DNA from: Nostoc punctiforme PCC 73102
GTDB taxonomy: Bacteria > Cyanobacteriota > Cyanobacteriia > Cyanobacteriales > Nostocaceae
DNA: 32,000 nucleotides
Direction of reading: 5' to 3'
NCBI RefSeq assembly: GCF_000020025.1
Contig: NC_010628.1
Span: 1,230,001-1,262,000 of the forward strand
Part shown: piece after piece, positions 17,232 to 25,903 of the stretch
How the letters are laid out: the number at the start of each line of letters is the position of its first letter
How positions within the stretch are numbered: the first letter of the stretch is position 1
Translations under genes and position numbers: made by a program
The notes under the pieces: generated by a model
The model's database searches: none
Told to the model about the DNA's origin: nothing
The model's input: only the letters and a program-made list of their open reading frames with translations

Positions 17232-18500
17232 ATGATAAAAATGCTAGCTGAAAACTTGATGGGAATTGAGGCAAGATTACAAATTAATTGGGTTTGGCTA
17301 AATGCCGGCTTAGAGTTTGCTAGTTGGGGACTTTTTTCACTTTTGCTTGCTGAGGTCTTGAGAGACACCTACCATGCTTTGTGTCACCAAGTCAATTGGC
17401 TTGCTAAATGGCACAACAAACACCACATGGCTTATCGCCGCGATTTATCGATAGTTTCCATGAGAATTTACCAAGAATCGCAACTCTATCACGACATTTT
17501 AGAATCGAGTCTACTGCTGGTGGTGTTGGTAGCCGTTGCCTTAATTGTCCAACAATGGGGGTTATGGCTGGGAGTAGCTTATGGTTCCACCTTCTTGTAT
17601 GGCGCGTCTGTACGATATTTTCAGGGAAAAATTGATACAGACTACAACCACCTACCCGGTCCTCTAGAGACAATTCCATCGATTTGGTGGGTGAATCGGT
17701 CTTACCATTGGCGGCATCATTTTGATGATGTCAACGCTTACTACAGTGGTGTCTTTCCCTTAGTGGATAAAATTCTTGGTACAGGGCTGTCTCTCAAGGG
17801 TAAAACCATCGCTTTAACCGGAGCATCAGGAGCGTTAGGGCAAGCTTTGGCGGCTGAACTGGTAAGGAACAATGCTAAAGTCGTGGCATTAACTACTAAT
17901 CCAGAAAAATTAGTAGAGCAAGTTGGGGTGAAGGTGATTCCTTGGCAATTAGGTAATGAAGCCGAACTAAGGAATAGTTTAGAGAAAGTAGATATTTTAA
18001 TTATCAACCACGGAATCAATGTCTACGCCAGGCGCACATCGGAGGCTATCAACTCTTCTTATGAGGTGAATACCTTTTCAGCATTGCGGTTGATGGATAT
18101 ATTTTCGACAACTGTAACAGGGCCACAAGCAAAAGCAACTAAGGAAATCTGGGTAAACACTTCTGAGGCTGAGGTTTCTCCAGCGCTGAGTCCACTTTAT
18201 GAACTCAGCAAGCGATCGCTAGGTGATATTGTTACTCTCAAGCGTTTAGATGGGGATTGTGTAATTCGCAAGTTAATTCTTGGCCCATTCAAGAGTCAAC
18301 TCAATCCCTATGGAGTGATGTCTGCACAGCAAGTTGCTCGTGCGGTCTTATTTTTCGCTCGGCGAGACTTCCGAAATATTATTGTGGCAATAAATCCTCT
18401 CACCTATCTGCTGTTTCCCTTAAAAGAAACTAGTACATCGCTATACTATCGAGTCTTCAGTCGAACAGCGAAAAGTGAGCAGGACTTACGCAAACAATAG
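17232..18500 (+). CDS. Fusion protein: membrane fatty-acid-hydroxylase/sterol-desaturase-like domain plus C-terminal short-chain dehydrogenase/reductase
   Basis: N-terminal His motifs (HALCH, HNKHH, HWRHH) within hydrophobic segments. The C-terminal Rossmann motif is LTGASGALGQALAAEL. This matches the architecture commonly annotated as bifunctional sterol desaturase/short chain dehydrogenase. Confidence 0.75.
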   Translation: MIKMLAENLMGIEARLQINWVWLNAGLEFASWGLFSLLLAEVLRDTYHALCHQVNWLAKWHNKHHMAYRRDLSIVSMRIYQESQLYHDILESSLLLVVLVAVALIVQQWGLWLGVAYGSTFLYGASVRYFQGKIDTDYNHLPGPLETIPSIWWVNRSYHWRHHFDDVNAYYSGVFPLVDKILGTGLSLKGKTIALTGASGALGQALAAELVRNNAKVVALTTNPEKLVEQVGVKVIPWQLGNEAELRNSLEKVDILIINHGINVYARRTSEAINSSYEVNTFSALRLMDIFSTTVTGPQAKATKEIWVNTSEAEVSPALSPLYELSKRSLGDIVTLKRLDGDCVIRKLILGPFKSQLNPYGVMSAQQVARAVLFFARRDFRNIIVAINPLTYLLFPLKETSTSLYYRVFSRTAKSEQDLRKQ

Positions 18501-18544
18501 CCAAAACTCTGATTTTCAGGTAGGGGCAATTCATGAATTGCCCC
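18482..18544 (+). repeat. Short dispersed repeat (GGACTTACGCAAACAAT... ending in the 22-bp palindrome GGGGCAATTCATGAATTGCCCC)
   Basis: Its 5' part matches the left end of the element at 25599..25741. The perfect palindrome lies at 18523..18544. It overlaps the last codons and the stop of the preceding CDS. Confidence 0.65.
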
Positions 18545-18672
18545 TTAGTGCGTGTATTTTTGCATAAAAATAGCGCACCGCAGCCATTGCTCCGAGTGAG
18601 TGCTGATTATTTAATGTTGAAAAAAGCATACTCTTATGCACTTTTAAAATGTAAAGGCTGTTCTATTCTGTT

Positions 18673-18912
18673 TCATTTCCCTTCAAAACTATTCAAAATA
18701 TCTTCAGGTAAGGGACTATCAAAATCATCTGGAACAATGAACTCGCCAGCACATAAGCCATAAGGTCTAATTTGTCGAAAGGTGGCTGAAACTGGTTTAA
18801 TTTCTGCAATAGCTTTACCTGCTTGCATGATAATAATACTTTCCCCTGCTGCTACTTGTTGAAGGTAGCTAGTTAGATTTCGCTGGATTTCATCAATTGT
18901 TACGGTTAGCAT
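18673..18912 (-). CDS. Phd/YefM-like type II antitoxin (79 aa)
   Basis: MLTVTIDEIQRNLTSYLQQVAAGESIIIMQAGKAIAEI resembles the Phd/YefM-type N-terminal fold. The acidic C-terminal DDFDSPLPEDILNSFEG is common in cyanobacterial antitoxins. No toxin ORF lies downstream. Confidence 0.55.
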   Translation of the reverse strand: MLTVTIDEIQRNLTSYLQQVAAGESIIIMQAGKAIAEIKPVSATFRQIRPYGLCAGEFIVPDDFDSPLPEDILNSFEGK

Positions 18913-19008
18913 GATATGTGTATGTAGGAATATTTCTGGTATATCAAGTTGATAGTTTTAAGTTATAGCCACTAATATTCCAGGTTTAGCAGTAGCTTTT
19001 AGATTTAA

Positions 19009-19344
19009 TTAAGTAACTGCAAATTCAGTATACTGTCTGATATCGGCTGGTTGGAAGGCGAGAACAATTTGATTTTTAGGAATACCAGCGTTAACAAGTT
19101 CGTTGGCTATACCGTATTCTATACCGTCTCTTTGAATCCAGATTTTATCGTTGATAATGTCAATATGGACTAAGCAACCATGCACACGTTGATTATTTTC
19201 CCAGCCTAGTGTTAGTAGCAGGTAATGGTTAGCGGTTTTGTCTATAATTAGTTGTCTTTCTAGTTCTCCATAAGCATAGGTAAGCTGGGCATATTCGGTT
19301 AATATCTTTTGAATGATTTGGCGATAATTATCTAAGGTATCCAT
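19009..19344 (-). CDS. xisI: XisI family protein
   Basis: MDTLDNYRQIIQKILTEYA...HYLLLTLGWENNQRVHGCLVHIDIINDKIWIQRDGIEYGIANELVNAGIPKNQIVLAF matches the XisI (fdxN-element excision factor) family pattern as I recall it. Confidence 0.85.
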   Translation of the reverse strand: MDTLDNYRQIIQKILTEYAQLTYAYGELERQLIIDKTANHYLLLTLGWENNQRVHGCLVHIDIINDKIWIQRDGIEYGIANELVNAGIPKNQIVLAFQPADIRQYTEFAVT

Positions 19345-19474
19345 TGCATTATATTTTTTGTAAAAATTTATTAAGAAATAATAATTAATCTAAATTTTGT
19401 GAAACCATTATAAAATACAAACTTGTTAAGTTATATTTCTGAAATCCCACATGCTTTAAATTATTACATAAATC

Positions 19475-20971
19475 ATGAAATCTAGTTTTAAACAGTTAAA
19501 CTTATTTGAAGCAGAACTGACTCATACAAATCCTCAAACAATAGTATTACCAAAAGGCTACAAAGGATTAGCTGCTTTTCATAAATATTGGGGGAAGAAA
19601 CCAATTGAACCCCTAGCATTTCTAATTGAAAATTTAACAAAAAAAGGTGACATAGTTTTAGATCCTTTTTTAGGATCAGGTTTAGTAGCTCGTGAAGCAG
19701 CAATTAGGCAAAGACGGTTTATAGGTATTGATATTAATCCTATAGCAATAGAATTATCGAATTTACTAATTGGTTTACCAAGTCCAAATATTTTAAAAGA
19801 AGCAATTGATGAATTAGAAAGAAGTGTTAAGTCAGAAATTTATAAAACTTACTTACTAGAAGATGGAAAATTTGCAACTCACTATTTATGGAATGGGAAT
19901 AAACTAAATTCAGTCTGGCAGTTATCACAAAAAATGAATAAAAATGATAAAAGGTTGCCAACTAACTATGACTATCAACTATTGAAAGAATTTGAAGCAT
20001 ATCAACCTCAAATACCTCGTCCAATTAAGTTTTTTAAAAATAGCCGAATAAATACAAATGATTCTTTAACACTGAAAGATTTATTCACTGGTCGCGCATT
20101 ACATAATATAGATTTACTACTTGATGCAATTCATAAACAACCAGATACAATCAAATCTGCATTATTGCTCTCATTAACATCTGCTTCAGGTCAAATGTCT
20201 AATATGGTTTTTGCAATTACAGGAAGAGGTAAAACAAAATCTCAGCCAACAAATAAAATAGAAGTTGGTAGTTGGGTTATAGGATATTGGAGACCAACAC
20301 TACATTTTGAAATCAATGTTTGGAATTGTTTTATTAAACGTGCAAATAGATTATTAAAATCCATTCAAGAAGATGAATTTGAAAAATGTTATCAGGTATC
20401 TAAAAGAGTAGAAGATGTTATTTATAACAAAGCTGAAGTAGCGATTATTCAAGGTGATAATCGAAAAATTCTCAATAATTGCCCTGATGGAACTATTTCA
20501 CTTGTATTAACCGATCCTCCACATAGTGATAGGATTCCATACTTAGAATTGAGTGAAATGTGGAATTCTTTAATAGATAAAAAGTCAGATTTTTCTCATG
20601 AAATTGTAGTCTCTAATGCCCGTATTCGATTAAAGGATAAAAAACTTTATCTTCATGAAATGACTGAATTTATGCAGACTGCTACGCGTATACTTAAGCC
20701 TAGTGGGATATTAGCTCTATTTTTTAATGCTAGAGATGCTGCTAGTTGGAAGTTTTTACAAGAAGTAATACCATCTTCAGATAAATTGCAATTTCAGGGA
20801 TTATTCCCAATGAATTATTCAGCAAATTCAGTAGTGCAAGATAACAGAAAAGGAGGTTTAAAAAATGATTTTGTTTTAATATATCAAAAACCTGGAAATG
20901 AAGATAAAATAAAATTGGAATTTTTAAAAAATTTACCTAATTGGTCTAAAGAAATACCTAATATTAGCTAA
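19475..20971 (+). CDS. DNA methyltransferase (N6-adenine or N4-cytosine type)
   Basis: HKYWGKKP, then 19 residues, then the AdoMet motif I DPFLGSG (19661..19681) and RRFIGIDINP. The catalytic motif IV LVLTDPPH is at 20513..20524. The gene is very AT-rich. Confidence 0.8.
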   Translation: MKSSFKQLNLFEAELTHTNPQTIVLPKGYKGLAAFHKYWGKKPIEPLAFLIENLTKKGDIVLDPFLGSGLVAREAAIRQRRFIGIDINPIAIELSNLLIGLPSPNILKEAIDELERSVKSEIYKTYLLEDGKFATHYLWNGNKLNSVWQLSQKMNKNDKRLPTNYDYQLLKEFEAYQPQIPRPIKFFKNSRINTNDSLTLKDLFTGRALHNIDLLLDAIHKQPDTIKSALLLSLTSASGQMSNMVFAITGRGKTKSQPTNKIEVGSWVIGYWRPTLHFEINVWNCFIKRANRLLKSIQEDEFEKCYQVSKRVEDVIYNKAEVAIIQGDNRKILNNCPDGTISLVLTDPPHSDRIPYLELSEMWNSLIDKKSDFSHEIVVSNARIRLKDKKLYLHEMTEFMQTATRILKPSGILALFFNARDAASWKFLQEVIPSSDKLQFQGLFPMNYSANSVVQDNRKGGLKNDFVLIYQKPGNEDKIKLEFLKNLPNWSKEIPNIS

Positions 20972-20996
20972 AAATAATATTGGAACTGCAAAATAA

Positions 20997-22091
20997 ATGA
21001 GTTATACATTTTCTCAACTTTCTCGCTTATACAATGAAAATAAGTTCTTTGAATTAACATCATCTCCAGAAGGATTATATTTTTTAAAATTACGTTCTTT
21101 GGCTCGAAAAGATTATTACTTACATTTATTTCAAAAAGCACAAATATCTTCAGATAACTTAGGGGTAAAGCAGTATCTTGAAATCCTTTTTAATTCTAAT
21201 ATTTCTTCAAAAACTATTCATGATTCTATTAATCAAATATATGAAGCCGAGAGGGGAAAACGTCGTGCAAACGAACAAAATTTACTAAGAGAATTATATA
21301 AGTTAAGAGTTTTTGACTGGGGTGGTATCCATGAGAATGATATTAATAAGTATTTAGTTGATAATTACATAAAAAAGATTACTAATTATAATAATTTAAT
21401 AGAAAAAGTAGAGAATGAAATTTTACATAGTTTGAAAAGTTTTGTTTTGTGTTCCTGGTATAATAATTGGACATCAATTATAATCGAGGATATTTTTAAA
21501 GACCATCACCGTATTTTACCAACTGTGGGGCAAATTAAATAAGTTGATTTTTTTATTGACGATATACCTTTTGACCTAAAAGTAACTTATTTTCCTAAAG
21601 GTTTCATGGAAAATAAAAGAAGGGCAAGACAGTTAAAAATAAAAGAAATATCTGATTTAAAAGAGGGAGCGAAAAAATTTAGTATTCCTTTTGATAAAAC
21701 TCGAAATGAGAATGATCTATTAATTGATTTAATTACAGCTTTTACGGAAAGCTCAAATCAAGATATACAAGATTTTTATAATAATTTTGTTAAAATAAGA
21801 AAAGATATTATAAATGAAACAGTACAACAACCTCATGAGCTTTTACGTTGGCTATATGAACAACAAGGTAGTCAAAGATTTGATGCAAGTAATCGCTTAT
21901 TTTTAATTGTTGTCGATACTAATTCTTTAGAAGATAGTTGGAAGCTCAAAAGAGATTATACTCTGTTAAAAGATAAAATAGAGGAATATTTAAATACACG
22001 CTCTTTTAATAAAGATGAACTCTTATTAACTTGGTCATTTAATAACAATAAATACCAAAGTTATGCTGATGTTTTGTTTCTACTAAAGTAA
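20997..22091 (+). pseudogene. Putative type II restriction endonuclease, interrupted by one in-frame TAA at 21540..21542
   Basis: Track ORFs 20997..21542 and 21606..22091 share a frame. The 63-nt gap has no further stop and reads VDFFIDDIPFDLKVTYFPKGF, a plausible PD-(D/E)XK core (VD, then 8 residues, then DLK). It lies directly downstream of the methyltransferase. The alternative reading is two separate small genes. Confidence 0.5.
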
Positions 22092-22107
22092 CACTAAAAT
22101 AAGTTAT

Positions 22108-22139
22108 AAAAAAAGGGATAAGCCCAAAAGCCTATCCCC
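22108..22139 (-). terminator. Intrinsic terminator downstream of ahcY
   Basis: GGGATAAGC (22115..22123) pairs with GCCTATCCC (22130..22138) with one mismatch. On the minus strand it is followed by a 7-T run (plus-strand A-run 22108..22114). Confidence 0.55.
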
Positions 22140-22162
22140 TAAAAAATCAACTAATCAATGTA

Positions 22163-23446
<1,284 letters not shown>

Positions 23447-23832
23447 TTACCTCAAAAAATTAAAAAAGCTACGTAAATTTTACGCACTCTACTAGGTTAT
23501 TGTACAACTTGCGATTTTTGCTTGAAAGAAAGCAAATCACTTGTCAATAGTCCTCAAAACTAGCTTGACGTTTGATTACCCTAATGTCAACTTCATCGCC
23601 AGGTTCTTCCCTTTTGTTTTATCTTTGGTAAGAGTAAGACTCTTCTAAGCTTTGATTGCTGATTTTAAGTACATTGTCAACTGTCTAAAGATAGAGGAAT
23701 AATAAAACAACATCGAAGTTTCATTATCTAAAGAGAAAACCTCGACTTTAGATAAGTACATTTACTCAATGTAATTGCGGAGGATGGTTATAGAAGTAGT
23801 CAATAGTCAATTGTTTTCAAGGAGGTGTTTGA

Positions 23833-25506
23833 GTGCGTTTTCAATTTTTGGCGTTGGCTTTGCCCGCCGTAGGCATCGCCAGTTCAATGGCTATAGCCGT
23901 TGTACCTGTAGCAAAAGCCACAGCCCAGATTCCATTGTTACCTCAATTACAAACTCCCAGCAGTGTCAGTAGTGATTCAAACGATCGGCTTGTCACAGGC
24001 TGGATTTATTTAGATGGTCGGCGGTTATTTCAGATCGCAGCATCAAAAGCCAACTTTCCTGAGCGTTCAGAAGATATCCAAAAGAAGTTGGAGAAAATAA
24101 GCCAAAACTACATTCAGTCACCAGCAAAAACAGCAGTCAAGGTAGAAGTTCGTAAAGTAAACGACTTACCAGTAATTTATGTCAACGATCAATACCTGAT
24201 GACGATCACTTCTGAGGATGCTGGATTGCGAGAGGTAGATATATCGACATCGGCAAATCAAATCGCGGAATCGTTACAAGAAGACTTGCAACAAGCAAAG
24301 CAAGAAAGACAAACTCAATTTTTAATCAACCAAGGTAAAATTGCTGCGGGCACAGGACTAGCAATGATTATCATGAGTTGGGGGATATATAGTTGGCAGC
24401 GCCGTTCCAAAAAAGATTCAGTACAACCCATTGCCTCTCAACCTCTTAGATGGCCCCTAAACGCCCCAATTTCACCAGCAGCAGCCCAACCAATTACAAC
24501 ACAACTAAATCAACAGCAACATCGGCATATCCAAGAAGTCAAAAGACGATTGTTTCAGCTAACTCAAGCTGGAATTTGGGGTGGTGGAAGTTTCTTTATC
24601 TTGGGTCTATTTCCCTACACACGACCATTTCAGCTAGGGATTCTCACAGCTGCCCAATTTCCTTTGCGATTAGGTGTTGTGTTGCTGGTAACTTACGTAG
24701 CGATCCGTCTCATCTACGCCCTTATTGATCGCTTCACCACCACTCTAATTAGCAGTGGTGCTTTACTGACTCCAGAAAGTTCTGAACGGCTGCAACTGCG
24801 AGTTTCCACATTTTCTGGCGTGACTAAAAGCATCGCTACTGGTCTCTGCGTAGGAGTAGGCTTTTTGCTAGCGCTGGTGTCATTGGGGATAGATATCGTT
24901 CCCTTGCTAGCGGGTGCGAGTTTGGTTGGTGTTGCCGTGTCTTTAGCTTCGCAAAACCTAATTAAAGATGCGATTAATGGTTTCCTGATTATTCTAGAAG
25001 ACCAGTATGCTTTAGGCGATGTGATTAATGTGGGAGACGTAGGAGGCTTAGTAGAAAATCTGAATTTGCGGATGACCCAACTGCGGGATTCTGAAGGGCG
25101 CTTGATCACGATTCCCAATAGTGAAATTAAAGTTGTTGCCAATCTTTCTAGTCGTTGGTCACGAGCCGATTTAACGATTCCCATTGCCTACCAAGCCGAT
25201 ACAGAACACGCTTTGAAGTTGATTGAAACAGTTGCTTTCGAGATGAATCAAGAAATGCAATGGCAGCGTCAAATTTTGGAACCGCCCCAAGTTTTGGGAA
25301 TAGATCAATTTGGTGATCGCGGTTTGATTATTCGTGTATGGTTTAAAACACAGCCCCTGAAGCAATGGGATGTAGCACGGGAGTTCCGCCGTCGCCTGAA
25401 AGTCGCCCTAGACAAAGCCGGAATTTCTATTTCTGTACCTCAACAAGCGATTTGGGTCAATGACGATCAGTTGTTAAATTTTCAAGGTAATGGCAAATCT
25501 CATTAG
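23833..25506 (+). CDS. Mechanosensitive ion channel family protein (MscS-like)
   Basis: GTG start 7 nt after AAGGAGG. Several TM segments are followed by the MscS core LIKDAINGFLIILEDQYALGDVINVGDVGGLVENLNLRMTQLRDSEGRLITIPNSEI. Confidence 0.85.
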   Translation: MRFQFLALALPAVGIASSMAIAVVPVAKATAQIPLLPQLQTPSSVSSDSNDRLVTGWIYLDGRRLFQIAASKANFPERSEDIQKKLEKISQNYIQSPAKTAVKVEVRKVNDLPVIYVNDQYLMTITSEDAGLREVDISTSANQIAESLQEDLQQAKQERQTQFLINQGKIAAGTGLAMIIMSWGIYSWQRRSKKDSVQPIASQPLRWPLNAPISPAAAQPITTQLNQQQHRHIQEVKRRLFQLTQAGIWGGGSFFILGLFPYTRPFQLGILTAAQFPLRLGVVLLVTYVAIRLIYALIDRFTTTLISSGALLTPESSERLQLRVSTFSGVTKSIATGLCVGVGFLLALVSLGIDIVPLLAGASLVGVAVSLASQNLIKDAINGFLIILEDQYALGDVINVGDVGGLVENLNLRMTQLRDSEGRLITIPNSEIKVVANLSSRWSRADLTIPIAYQADTEHALKLIETVAFEMNQEMQWQRQILEPPQVLGIDQFGDRGLIIRVWFKTQPLKQWDVAREFRRRLKVALDKAGISISVPQQAIWVNDDQLLNFQGNGKSH

Positions 25507-25598
25507 AAATTTGGATTCATTACCGCATTTTTCAGTTGATTAGACCAAATTGTGTCCTATTGCCCCTTACAAAGGGGCTATGGTGTACCCACAAGTCC

Positions 25599-25741
25599 GG
25601 GACTTACGCAAACAATCGCTGAAAAGAAAGATTTTCTTCTTACGGCAATTCATGTAGACGCAAAGCAGCTATTCTACGAGTTCTCCAATGGAGTACCCGC
25701 AAAGTATTGCCCCTGAACGCTTGTAGTTTGACGTAAGTCCC
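25599..25741. mobile_element. MITE-like element (~143 bp) with GGGACTTACG... terminal inverted repeats
   Basis: Left end GGGACTTACGCAAAC versus the reverse complement of the right end, GGGACTTACGTCAAAC. The internal GGCAATTCATG is related to the 18482..18544 repeat. There is no ORF. Confidence 0.6.
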
Positions 25742-25903
25742 AAATTGAAAAAGCTTGATTTCCCTTGTAGTTAGCAGCCCAGACCTATGTATTCCCATAC
25801 GGAGTATGGGAAGGAGAAAATATTTAACATGAAGACTTGATAAATCCTTATATTAATAAAAAGCCACTCTGTCCGTAACCAGAATTAAACTGTTCCTGGA
25901 TTT

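Noticed and set aside
19429-22108. 9-bp direct repeat TAAGTTATA near both ends of the AT-rich cassette, as possible attachment or target-site duplication.
   Set aside because: It is too short and too AT-rich to distinguish from chance in this composition, and no integrase or transposase is nearby.
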